64,000 nucleotides of DNA from a bacterium (GTDB lineage Bacteria; Electryoneota; Electryoneia; Electryoneales; Electryoneaceae), in NCBI GenBank assembly GCA_963669175.1, contig OY769902.1, positions 1,216,001 to 1,280,000 of the forward strand, given 5' to 3'. A program made the translations under genes and the position numbers. The notes under the pieces are model-generated. The model made no database searches, was not told the DNA's origin, and worked only from the letters and a program-made list of their open reading frames with translations. Every line of letters starts with the position of its first letter. Positions within the stretch are counted from its first letter, which is position 1. This document shows positions 1 to 9,264 of the stretch, in pieces.

Positions 1-2801
1 TGAATTGTCTGTTTATCCGAAACGCCGCTGAACTGGTAGTCGCAGATACGCATGGCGTAAACATCATCGCCATCCTGGAGGCCGCCGGAACCACGATAAT
101 CAGTCCAGGCCGCAAGGACACCTCCCTCACCGTCCGGGATGGTAACCAGGTCTGTTTGCATGAAAATAGCGTCGGTCAGGTAGACACCGTAACCGATATA
201 CTCATCCATGGCCAACTCGCCGTCTGCAAGCAGATGGGTATACCCATAATCGCTTGGCCCGGAATTGTCGCCTTCATACCAGAACAGGTAGAGGCCGCCT
301 GATCCATCCGAAACACCTTGCAGATCATTCCGGCTGTAATCCTCCGGAGTTTCCAGCTCGAGAAGCTTGCCATTAAGCGGGAAGAGCTGTGGAGTACATT
401 CATAGTTATACTGTTGGTAATAGATCTCTGCAGAGGAATACTCCTTCCAGACAATCCAGAATTCACTGTCCCACTTGTCTACAAGAGTGTAATCATAAAG
501 AATATCTCCACGTGCACATTCAATCTCATCTTCCCAGACAGGTGTGCCATCCGCGTAGAAGGCTTTAGCCAGGATGACGTCCGCGTTACCGTGATCATCC
601 GTCCAAGTGCAGATAATCCTGTCTTCTCGCCAGGTCAGCGACGCACTACCGGCAAGACGTTCATCGGATATTAATACCGGCTCATCCCAAAGCGGATTGC
701 CATCAGCGTCGAACAGCGCCAGGTATGTGTACTTCGTCATATCGTTTCGAGATGAATAGACGATCGCGATGGTCTGGTTTTCAAGCAGCAGGATGTCGTC
801 AATGAGGGCATCGGCATCGTCATATGCAATCAGTGTTACCGGTTCGCCTTCATTCAAAAGCAACTCGCCATTCTGGTTAAACCGTTGTGCGACAATGTGG
901 GCATACCAGTTAACCGGATCATATTTGGTGAAGATGGTAAACACAGTTCCATCATCAAGCAGGTACGGATTTGCGCCATGGTATTCAAATGTGACGTCAT
1001 ACTCAGCATCACCAAGTATGATAGCATCCTCTCCCCATACCAAATTGCCGGATTCATCGACCCGTCTCAAGAGCATATCGACCAGGGTTGTTGATGGATC
1101 CATCAAGGAATAGAAAACATACGCGCCCCCGTTACCATCCGGACAAATGTCAGTAAAGTTGTCGTAGATAGAGATATTCGCATCTTCATCGCCTGGCTCT
1201 GATACGTTGATGCCCTGGGTCTCCCACATGGCCATGCCGTTTTCAGGATTCAGGCGTTGCATGAACAAACGATCTCCGAATTCAGAATAGCGCCAATCCA
1301 TCCAACTGATGTAAATGGATTCACCGGAACGGATGATGTTGTTGGCGTAGGTCCGGTTGTCCAGGCCGGATACGACAGTTGTCGCTTCATCGTGTTGAAT
1401 ATTCCCGGAGGCGGGATCAAGAGAATTGAAGAGAATACTGCCTGCACCGGGACCCATTTCCCGCCAGAAAATGTATGGCCTACCGTTGACCAGTTCAGGT
1501 TCCTGCGAGTTGGAACAGGGCGGCATCGCGGTTTCCAGTATAACCGGATTGGAGCCTTCCCAAACCGGGTTGCCATCTTCATCCAGATTATAAATTGCAA
1601 CATCGTATGGGGTTTCATCCGACCAATCTGCGGTAAACGCGGAGAATAGTATCCCATCATTCTCGTTCAGCAATACATGCGGGGGGGCATCGAAACCGCC
1701 GGATTCCAGCTCGTAAATGATGCCATAATTGTTATCACCCCATTGGGCGACAAGATCTCCTTCTTCCAGGATGAACCGTTGGCAACCGGTATAGGTGGAA
1801 GAGTTGGCGTAAGCTCGATAGGCGAGGAACAGGTCGCCGTCAGGCGCCTGAAGCCAACTGGGCTCAAAACTGGAAGGCAAGTCGGCGAACAACACAGCGC
1901 CATTGTCTCCCCACTGGGGATTGCCATCACTGTCAAGATGCTGGCCGTAATAGTGATTGTCGATATGCCTTTCCCACATGACATACGCACCACCGTTCAC
2001 ATCGGTAACGGCCGATACATGAGCATGATAATATGTGTTGTCATTCGAGATAAGAACGGGTTCGCCTTCATTCCACAGGGCGTTACCCTCGGGGGAAAAT
2101 GCCTGGCAGAAGATTCTTGCTGCCTGCTTTTGCCAGGCCAAAACAAGGTGGTCATCCGTTGTCAATGATGCGCTGTAGGTAATAGCTGAGTCAATTGTAG
2201 CAGCCTGCTCTCCCCAGGCAAAAACGCCTTCAGGAGTAATTCGAGTGGCAACCAGTTCAAAATTATCCATGGGTCTGTATACTATGATCACGTCTCCATT
2301 GGCGCAGGGAAGAACAGTTTCGTAGAAATAATCACTGCCGGTTGGAGTGACAATGATATCTTCATCCCAACAGTGGGCGCCGTTGGAATCCAGACGCTGG
2401 ATGGTATATTTGTAATACCCCCATTTAAACTCATCATCACGATGATCCTGCCATCCGAAAACCCACTCGCCGTCTCCGGCATAAAAAACCGATGGGTTTT
2501 GCTGGGCGAAATCGCCGCTGGATACGACAACCGGTTCATCGCCCCACAAGGCGCTACCGTTAGCATCGTATTTCTGGGCGTAGATGTTTTGCGCGCCCGT
2601 GTGTGCATCTGACCAGGTTACGACAAAGTTGCCCGCGTCATCCGTCGCTACACCGGACATCATCCAGAAAATGTGATGTCCCTGGCGTACCATTACGCCA
2701 TTTTCCGGCTCCCAGACATTAAAACGCGCCTGTCCGGTCGCAACCAGAACAAGCGCGGCAATAGTCGAGAGCAGAACCTTCTTACCTAGTTTCCCGTGCA
2801 T
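1..2801 (-). CDS. Large secreted repeat/beta-propeller-like protein, runs off the window start (partial)
   Basis: Absent from the ORF track. Manual translation from ATG at 2801 (GGAGG RBS upstream) gives MHGKLGKKVLLSTIAALVLVATGQA..., a signal peptide followed by repeated 'QRLDxxGNxxW' and 'DGxGGxY' motifs; no stop found before position 1. Confidence 0.8.
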   Translation of the reverse strand, partial: MHGKLGKKVLLSTIAALVLVATGQARFNVWEPENGVMVRQGHHIFWMMSGVATDDAGNFVVTWSDAHTGAQNIYAQKYDANGSALWGDEPVVVSSGDFAQQNPSVFYAGDGEWVFGWQDHRDDEFKWGYYKYTIQRLDSNGAHCWDEDIIVTPTGSDYFYETVLPCANGDVIIVYRPMDNFELVATRITPEGVFAWGEQAATIDSAITYSASLTTDDHLVLAWQKQAARIFCQAFSPEGNALWNEGEPVLISNDNTYYHAHVSAVTDVNGGAYVMWERHIDNHYYGQHLDSDGNPQWGDNGAVLFADLPSSFEPSWLQAPDGDLFLAYRAYANSSTYTGCQRFILEEGDLVAQWGDNNYGIIYELESGGFDAPPHVLLNENDGILFSAFTADWSDETPYDVAIYNLDEDGNPVWEGSNPVILETAMPPCSNSQEPELVNGRPYIFWREMGPGAGSILFNSLDPASGNIQHDEATTVVSGLDNRTYANNIIRSGESIYISWMDWRYSEFGDRLFMQRLNPENGMAMWETQGINVSEPGDEDANISIYDNFTDICPDGNGGAYVFYSLMDPSTTLVDMLLRRVDESGNLVWGEDAIILGDAEYDVTFEYHGANPYLLDDGTVFTIFTKYDPVNWYAHIVAQRFNQNGELLLNEGEPVTLIAYDDADALIDDILLLENQTIAIVYSSRNDMTKYTYLALFDADGNPLWDEPVLISDERLAGSASLTWREDRIICTWTDDHGNADVILAKAFYADGTPVWEDEIECARGDILYDYTLVDKWDSEFWIVWKEYSSAEIYYQQYNYECTPQLFPLNGKLLELETPEDYSRNDLQGVSDGSGGLYLFWYEGDNSGPSDYGYTHLLADGELAMDEYIGYGVYLTDAIFMQTDLVTIPDGEGGVLAAWTDYRGSGGLQDGDDVYAMRICDYQFSGVSDKQTI

Positions 2802-3071
2802 GGTGGCCTCCTTGTTGCTACTCAGATTAGGTATTCTGATCGGTTCCCTAAAAAACGATAGCTCTCAACATTGAAATAAAGCAAGTAAAAGATTGAAATT
2901 GATAAAGTTTCTCAAGATCAGCCCCAATAATTGGCTCTCCTGTATGTTATTGATATTTATAATGTAATAATATTTTCCGGTCAATACATCTTTGACAGGT
3001 GACCGGACGGCCAGTTTTTCCGGCTTGATTCTCCCGGTAGTTGAGTGTTCTTGTTAAGCTCCCCTTATTCA

Positions 3072-3100
3072 TTGACTTTATGATTGTTGAGACCTATCCT
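3072..3100 (+). promoter_or_regulatory. Sigma70-like promoter TTGACT-17-TATCCT
   Basis: Consensus-like -35/-10 with 17-bp spacer upstream of the 3279 ORF. Confidence 0.5.
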
Positions 3101-3278
3101 TTGCCGTGAAGTGGGGGCTCGACGAGGGTCGCCGGGACGTCCGGAACGGCGATATTCGGCGAGCCTTTTCTATCGTGTTTGCATGTGAAGGAAAGCACAA
3201 GGGGGGCGTGTCGTCCGTGGCTTTCCAACGGGCGGCAACCCATGTTTTCCTGAACATCCACAGAACGAGGGTACAGAG

Positions 3279-3587
3279 ATGGAAGAGACGAACGGGGCAG
3301 GAGCCGGCGCCAACGAGGCCAACGCAACAGAACGCCCTGTCTGCAAGCACTGCGGCAAGCCGATGATGAAGTGGCGCACACCGCAACTCACCAACTGGGA
3401 AACGGAATGGTTCTGGGTCTGTTTCGAGGATGACTGCGACTATTTCAAGCGCGGCTGGGCCTGGATGGAGGAACGATTCAACCAGCACTCATCCTATCGT
3501 TACCATATCGATCCCGCTTCCGGTAACGCTGGACCGTTACCCGTATGGTCCGTGCAGGCTTTGAAAAACGGCATCATTGAGGAGTAA
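3279..3587 (+). CDS. Small zinc-ribbon/Cys-containing protein
   Basis: CxxC...CxxxxC motifs, GAGG RBS, directly upstream of the YkgJ-like gene. Confidence 0.75.
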   Translation: MEETNGAGAGANEANATERPVCKHCGKPMMKWRTPQLTNWETEWFWVCFEDDCDYFKRGWAWMEERFNQHSSYRYHIDPASGNAGPLPVWSVQALKNGIIEE

Positions 3588-3591
3588 TACT

Positions 3592-4443
3592 ATGGGCAAG
3601 CCCACCAAGGAAGATCTGAAAGAACAGTTTACACCGTTTGATCACTTCAAAAAGAAGGTGTTCGACAATGCCGAACGGCTGACTCCGGATCACAAGTTCA
3701 AGTTTGGTTGCCATCCTGGCGTGCCGTGCTTCAACAAGTGCTGCACCGATGTGAACATCTTCCTGACTCCTTACGATATTCTCAAGCTCAAGAATCGCCT
3801 GGATATGGACAGCGAGGAATTCCTGCTTCGCTACACGATCATGCCGATCGATCCACGTCAGTCCTACCCGATTGTACACCTGAAGATGATGGATGACGAA
3901 GACAAGAGCTGCCCATTCCTGGATAAGGAAAAGGGATGTTCGGTTTATGAAGATCGTCCCTGGCCCTGCCGCATGTTCCCGATAGGCAAGGCTTCTCCGA
4001 AGAATCCCGATGCGCAGCCTTTCTATTTCTTCATGCACGAAGATGTCTGCCGTGGCTGGGAAGAGACTACCGAGTGGACCATCGGGCAGTACATGGAAGA
4101 CCAGAAGGTTGAAGAATTTGACAAGGCCGGTGAAGAATTCAAGAAAATCGCCCTGCACAGCTTCTTCGGCAAAGGCCAGCGTCTCACCCCGCCATTGATG
4201 GAAATGTTCCACATGGTGGCGTATAACATCGACAAGTTCCGCATTTTTGTTTTCGAGAGTTCGTTCCTTGACCGGTTTGACGTTCCGGAAGAACGCCTTG
4301 CGAAGATGCGCGAGAGCGACTATGAATTGCAGAGCTTCGGGTATGAATGGTTGCGTTTCTCGCTGTTCCAGGAACCGACCATGAAGATCAAGGAAGATGC
4401 AAAGCAGAAAGTGGCCAACAAGGGCAAAGAGGACAAGGAATAA
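3592..4443 (+). CDS. YkgJ-family (CxxCxxCC) cysteine-cluster protein
   Basis: CHPGVPCFNKCC, CPFL...CSVYEDRPWPCRMFP motifs; GAGGAG RBS before ATG 3592. Confidence 0.85.
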   Translation: MGKPTKEDLKEQFTPFDHFKKKVFDNAERLTPDHKFKFGCHPGVPCFNKCCTDVNIFLTPYDILKLKNRLDMDSEEFLLRYTIMPIDPRQSYPIVHLKMMDDEDKSCPFLDKEKGCSVYEDRPWPCRMFPIGKASPKNPDAQPFYFFMHEDVCRGWEETTEWTIGQYMEDQKVEEFDKAGEEFKKIALHSFFGKGQRLTPPLMEMFHMVAYNIDKFRIFVFESSFLDRFDVPEERLAKMRESDYELQSFGYEWLRFSLFQEPTMKIKEDAKQKVANKGKEDKE

Positions 4444-4579
4444 TAAGGAACGGGATACCCCGCATTGGGGCCATCCCGGTTATTCTCCTGTCGAGCTATC
4501 GTGTTGATTTTCAAAGCGGCGTAAGCCGCTTTTTCTTATCTTCACTTTCTGGTTGGAAACAGTGCTGAAAGAAAGTGTC

Positions 4580-5614
4580 ATGTTTGATAAACGAAGCGAC
4601 TATCTCTACGATCTTCCGGAAGAGCTGATCGCGCAGCAGCCCGCAGAAAAGCGAGATGCTTCACGTCTTCTGGTAGTGGATCGCAGCAAAGACAGCCTGA
4701 AGCACAAGGTATTCAGTGACCTGCCGGGATATCTGCGTGAAGGGGATATTCTGGTTATGAATGATACCCGAGTGATTCCCGCACGCTTGATCGGGAAGCG
4801 TCCGACCGGAGGCGAAGTCGAACTGTTCCTGCTGCATCCTGTTGACGCTACGACCTGGGTATGCCTGGCCAAACCGGCAAAACGGTTGAAGCCCGGCGGA
4901 AAAGTGCTGTTCGACGGGGGTGTTGAGGCAGAAATACTGGCCTATGGTGAAGAGGGGCGCCGTACCGTATCGTTCCAGGTGCCGTATGGTGAGTTTCGTG
5001 CATTTTTGGACGATGTGGGCAAAACACCCTTACCGCCGTATATCCAACGTGAACCGGAAAAGAAAGATCGTGACCGGTATCAGACAGTCTATGCTCACCA
5101 TGATGGCGCTGTAGCCGCTCCCACGGCAGGATTGCATTTCACGCCTGAATTGCTGGCTGGACTGGAAGAGAAAGGGATTCAAACGGCACGCTTGACGCTG
5201 CATGTGGGGATCGGAACCTTCCGACCGGTTTCGGTGGAGAACCTGGAAGATCATGTGATGGATCGTGAACGGTATATCGTGACAACGGAAACCGCAGATC
5301 AGATCAACCAGGCACGCGCCAATGGTGGCAGGATTGTCGCTGTGGGAACGACATCGGTGCGCACGCTGGAAACGATCACCGATGACAAGGGTATTGTACA
5401 TCCGGGAGAAGGTGAAGCCGGCCTGTTTATCCGGCCGCCTTACCGTTTCAAGGCGGTAGATGCCCTGTTGACCAATTTCCATCTGCCGGGATCTACATTG
5501 CTAATGCTGGTCAGCGCTTTGGCCGGGCGGGATCGTATTCTTGTGGCTTACCAGGAGGCTGTGCGTCAACAATACAGGTTCTTCTCCTATGGTGATGCCA
5601 TGTTTATTCAGTAA
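4580..5614 (+). CDS. queA: S-adenosylmethionine:tRNA ribosyltransferase-isomerase
   Basis: LPEELIAQ, PLPPYI, AAPTAGLHF, TNFHLPGSTL, YRFFSYGDAM motifs. Confidence 0.97.
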   Translation: MFDKRSDYLYDLPEELIAQQPAEKRDASRLLVVDRSKDSLKHKVFSDLPGYLREGDILVMNDTRVIPARLIGKRPTGGEVELFLLHPVDATTWVCLAKPAKRLKPGGKVLFDGGVEAEILAYGEEGRRTVSFQVPYGEFRAFLDDVGKTPLPPYIQREPEKKDRDRYQTVYAHHDGAVAAPTAGLHFTPELLAGLEEKGIQTARLTLHVGIGTFRPVSVENLEDHVMDRERYIVTTETADQINQARANGGRIVAVGTTSVRTLETITDDKGIVHPGEGEAGLFIRPPYRFKAVDALLTNFHLPGSTLLMLVSALAGRDRILVAYQEAVRQQYRFFSYGDAMFIQ

Positions 5615-5745
5615 TATTACTTGTTCAGGCGCACATTATAACCGTGATTATCCTCACGGTTTTTTAGTTTTTCGGGCTGTATAATTACAAAGAATCCCAA
5701 ATAGGTGGATTCTGCAAAAAACATTTCCGAATAGCCTGGGCTTGC

Positions 5746-5774
5746 TTGACAGATGTGTATCAATCGTCTACCTT
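5746..5774 (+). promoter_or_regulatory. Sigma70-like promoter TTGACA-17-TACCTT
   Basis: Perfect -35 and 17-bp spacer upstream of the TM2 cluster. Confidence 0.5.
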
Positions 5775-5880
5775 CAGAATGCAGGGGATTCTATGGTGGC
5801 GAATGATTGTCAATGACTTGGTCAGGGCGTTTGACTGCAATCGCAAAATAGGGTGGTACAGTTAACAAGCGAGGAGAGCC

Positions 5881-6162
5881 ATGAGTGACGAGATGAACGA
5901 TCAAGTACAGGATGAACAGCCTGTAACAGAAAAGAAGCCAGCCAGCGGTGAGTTCTCACAGTACAAGAAGAAGAACTTCATGTACATCGCATTTTTCCTG
6001 GGGAGTTTTGGTGTTGACCGTTTCCTGCTGGGATACACTTTGCTGGGTGTCCTCAAACTGCTCACGTTGGGTGGATGCGGAATCTGGACCCTGATTGAAT
6101 TCTTCATGTACCTGAACGACAAGATTACAGATTCTGAAGGACGTCCGCTGGATCCGAGCTGA
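5881..6162 (+). CDS. TM2-domain membrane protein
   Basis: [15 protein letters not shown]...[16 protein letters not shown] signature. Confidence 0.9.
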   Translation: MSDEMNDQVQDEQPVTEKKPASGEFSQYKKKNFMYIAFFLGSFGVDRFLLGYTLLGVLKLLTLGGCGIWTLIEFFMYLNDKITDSEGRPLDPS

Positions 6163-6194
6163 TCCGTAGCGATTGATTAAAATGTAAGAAATTC

Positions 6195-6223
6195 AGACAG
6201 GCCCATATAGGTCTGTCTTTTTT
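6195..6223 (+). terminator. Rho-independent terminator
   Basis: AGACAGGCC...GGTCTGTCT hairpin followed by a T-run. Confidence 0.6.
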
Positions 6224-6364
6224 GTTATTGGAGAGTGCCTTTGGGCTTGCAAGGCTGTGTCGTTTTCCTGTACTCTATGGTTGACGGGGACGTGAAAACA
6301 GAGCGCTGGACACAGGTGGAATCCAAGGATCAAGTCTTGCCTGGAATATCGCGGAGGGGGAAAC

Positions 6365-6838
6365 ATGCAGGATGAAAAAGAGTACCAGGAAGAAACTGTA
6401 GATCCTACGGAAGATTCGACAGCAATCCCGGAGGAAAACGTCGAATCTGCTGAACCAGCGTCAGAACCGGAACCTGCGCAAGAACCCGAGGTGGAGCCAG
6501 AGCCCAAGCCAGAACCGGAACCGGAACCGGAACCAGAAACTTCTGAAGCGCGGCAACAGTATGCACCCCCGCCTCCACCGCCACCCCCGCCCCCGTCATA
6601 CTCTGAGGAAATGGATAAGGATTATTCGGACAAGGACTGGACGACGACCATTCTTTTTACGGTATTCCTGGGAACTCTTGGTGTGGACCGGTTTTATCTT
6701 GGTTATACCGGGTTGGGGCTGGTCAAATTGTTTACCCTGGGCGGTTGTGGTATCTGGTGGTTGATTGATCTGATTATGATCATCACAAACCAGCTTCCCG
6801 ATGCACAGGGGAAGCCGTTAAAAAATTCCCAGATGTAG
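6365..6838 (+). CDS. TM2-domain protein with acidic EP-repeat/poly-Pro N-terminus
   Basis: [14 protein letters not shown]...[15 protein letters not shown]; (EP)n and P10 tracts. Confidence 0.9.
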   Translation: MQDEKEYQEETVDPTEDSTAIPEENVESAEPASEPEPAQEPEVEPEPKPEPEPEPEPETSEARQQYAPPPPPPPPPPSYSEEMDKDYSDKDWTTTILFTVFLGTLGVDRFYLGYTGLGLVKLFTLGGCGIWWLIDLIMIITNQLPDAQGKPLKNSQM

Positions 6839-6852
6839 TATTGGAACAGACC

Positions 6853-7239
6853 ATGCAAGACAGTTGGCAAACAGAAGATAGATACTACTTATATCGGCAT
6901 GATTCTCAAGAGGGACCGTATACTCTCTACGAAATCCGCCGGATGATTCACCACGGTCACCTGAAACGTAGCGACCGTGCCTGCAACGAACATGGCGGTG
7001 TCTGGATTTCCGTGGGTGAAATACCTCACCTTTATTCAAACAGAAGCCGCCTGGCTGCACTGATTCTGTCCTTTTTCCTCGGGGTGTTCGGATTGGACAG
7101 ACTGTACCTGGGCTATTACTGGAGCAGTTTCTTCAAGGGGCTTACCTGCGGTCTGTGTGGTGTGTGGTTGATCGTGGATTTCGTCATGATTCTGCTGGAT
7201 GAACTCTGGGATGCTTCCGGACGTCCCTTGCGTCCGTAA
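6853..7239 (+). CDS. GYF_2-like plus TM2-domain protein
   Basis: N-terminal YY...QEGPYTL..I motif, C-terminal FLGVFGLDRLYLGY. Confidence 0.8.
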   Translation: MQDSWQTEDRYYLYRHDSQEGPYTLYEIRRMIHHGHLKRSDRACNEHGGVWISVGEIPHLYSNRSRLAALILSFFLGVFGLDRLYLGYYWSSFFKGLTCGLCGVWLIVDFVMILLDELWDASGRPLRP

Positions 7240-7252
7240 GGTTGTCGCCTCC

Positions 7253-7735
7253 ATGAGCATTCCTGCTATCGGTACACCACGTAAACAAGTCCAAACACCG
7301 GAGTCGAACCAGGCTTTTCACGGTGAAGGGACTTTTTTTGCCATTTTGGCTGGCATTTACGGATTCAGCTTCATGGTTCCCGTTCGCTGGATCGATGCAC
7401 ATCCATCACCCTGCCTTTTTCGATCCGTAACCGGATTGCCCTGCCCGGGGTGTGGTTTGTCCCGGTCTTTTGTGCATACCTCACACCGCGATGTTGCCGG
7501 TGCGATCAAATACCATTTTTTCGGTCCGCTTCTGTTCGTGGTCGGTCTGCTGCTGCTGGCCATGAGGGGGATAGACCTTCTCTTCGGCAAGCAACTGGTG
7601 CTGCGATTGGAACTGGGGCTGAAACGATCAAAAAAATGGTGGGCGGCAGCCGCTTTATGGTGGGTATACGCGCTGGGACGTTTTTACCATGTATTCAGGA
7701 TGAAACGTGCCGGACAGCATACCGTCTGGAGCTGA
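7253..7735 (+). CDS. DUF2752-family membrane protein
   Basis: CLFRSVTGLPCPGCGLSRS signature. Confidence 0.85.
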   Translation: MSIPAIGTPRKQVQTPESNQAFHGEGTFFAILAGIYGFSFMVPVRWIDAHPSPCLFRSVTGLPCPGCGLSRSFVHTSHRDVAGAIKYHFFGPLLFVVGLLLLAMRGIDLLFGKQLVLRLELGLKRSKKWWAAAALWWVYALGRFYHVFRMKRAGQHTVWS

Positions 7736-7775
7736 AACATCATAGCCGGTGCAATGGTCCACAGAGGAGCCTGTC

Positions 7776-8687
7776 ATGTGCCACAGAAAATCGAGTTTTA
7801 ACAACGTCTTACTCATACTGTCATTCATCCTGCCTGCAATCGCATTTGCTCAGGACAAGCGCCTGGTTTCACTCTCTTCCGCTGATGAACTGAGCGCCTA
7901 TACCCGCTGGCATATTGACCTTGAGCCACGTATCAGCGCGCATCGTGGCGGGCCTGAGCCGGGATGGCCGGAAAACGCCATTGAGACCTTCGACAACGCC
8001 CTGACGTATGCCCCCTGCATCATCGAGTGTGATGTCAGCATGACCAAAGACAGCGTGCTGGTGATGATGCATGACAATACGCTGGACCGCACAACCACCG
8101 GGTCGGGGCCGGTTTCGGAGGCGACCTGGGAAGAGTTGCAAGGGCTGTACTTGATCGATAATGACGGCGACACGACCGACTTTCGGATTCCGCTGTTCGA
8201 AGACGTGCTGACCTGGGCGGTTGGACGCGCTGTGTTGACAGTCGATGTGAAGCGTGGCGTTCCGCCAGAACGTATCGTTTTCGCTGTCCAGAACGCCAAC
8301 GCACAGGGACATTCGGTCATTATTACCTATAACAAGGGCCAGGCGGCAACGTACAACGCGCTGGATCCTTCGCTGGTACTGTCTGTCGGTATCTATGACT
8401 ATGAAGATTACGAGCAGCTTCGCGCTGAGGGCATCCCGGATGATCGTATGGTTGCTTTTGTCGGGGTGGGGACCAATGATCCGGAAACCATGGCTTTCCT
8501 GCACGATCACGGCATTTCCTGCATCCTTGGCACGATGGGCGATGTGGATAAACTGGCCCGTCGGGAAGGGGCATCGGTGTACGTGGAACTTTATGAAGCC
8601 GGTCTGGATATTTTGTCGACTGATGAAGTTCCGATTGCGTCGAAAGCGTTGCACATGCTGAAAGACATGGAAGAGATGGAGAAGTAG
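7776..8687 (+). CDS. Secreted glycerophosphodiester phosphodiesterase
   Basis: Signal peptide; AHRG, PEN, ECDV, HDNTLDRTT motifs. Confidence 0.9.
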   Translation: MCHRKSSFNNVLLILSFILPAIAFAQDKRLVSLSSADELSAYTRWHIDLEPRISAHRGGPEPGWPENAIETFDNALTYAPCIIECDVSMTKDSVLVMMHDNTLDRTTTGSGPVSEATWEELQGLYLIDNDGDTTDFRIPLFEDVLTWAVGRAVLTVDVKRGVPPERIVFAVQNANAQGHSVIITYNKGQAATYNALDPSLVLSVGIYDYEDYEQLRAEGIPDDRMVAFVGVGTNDPETMAFLHDHGISCILGTMGDVDKLARREGASVYVELYEAGLDILSTDEVPIASKALHMLKDMEEMEK

Positions 8688-8801
8688 TCTGAGATAATCA
8701 TTCGGGGAATGTGGGCAATATCAGCATGTTCCAGTTTATTGGTAAAACCGCGTGGCCCGGTGTGCTTGCACCCGGACAGTGATACGGGCGGTGATACACT
8801 T

Positions 8802-9264
8802 GCCACTTCTGATTGAATCCCGACAGCAAGCAGTCGGGCCAATCGTACTCAAAATTCTTAAAAAGCGTGTCCCAGGCTGAAGTAATCTTGATCTAAGGAA
8901 ATTGCCTAAACGAAACACAGCTTGGGTGGCCCGATCCGCAGGTGATGCAACTTCCACCATCGTTTCAGCAGGCATACTCTCATTACATCCTACATTCAAT
9001 CAATGCTTTTGAGCGCATCGGGAAAATGTCAAGTATTCCAAGAATAGACTTTACGCTCCATCTCTGTCCCGATGCGCTCATAGATTCATCCTGTTCAGCG
9101 ATTTCCTCAGAATATTACAGGTTCAGTTTTAATAGCAACATTGTCACTTGCGGATCGGGCCACCCGTCCAGCCACTCCTGATTGACTGAATCCCGACAGC
9201 AAGCAGTCGGGCCAATCGTACTCAAAATTCTTAAAAAGCGTGTCCCAGGCTGAAGTAAATCTTG
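8802..9264. repeat. About 90-bp direct duplication (8802-8890 and 9171-9264) of the tamA 3' end and downstream hairpin, enclosing a nested inverted-repeat element
   Basis: Near-identical copies; internal IRs at 8924-8945/9144-9165 and 9010-9023/9067-9080. Confidence 0.9.

Noticed and set aside
176-2612. Multiple short ORFs listed in the track
   Set aside because: All overlap the single long minus-strand ORF 2801->1 that the track omitted
8802-9264. DGR template/variable repeat pair for the tamA C-terminus
   Set aside because: Differences are small indels and a C/T change rather than adenine-specific substitutions; no reverse transcriptase in the window
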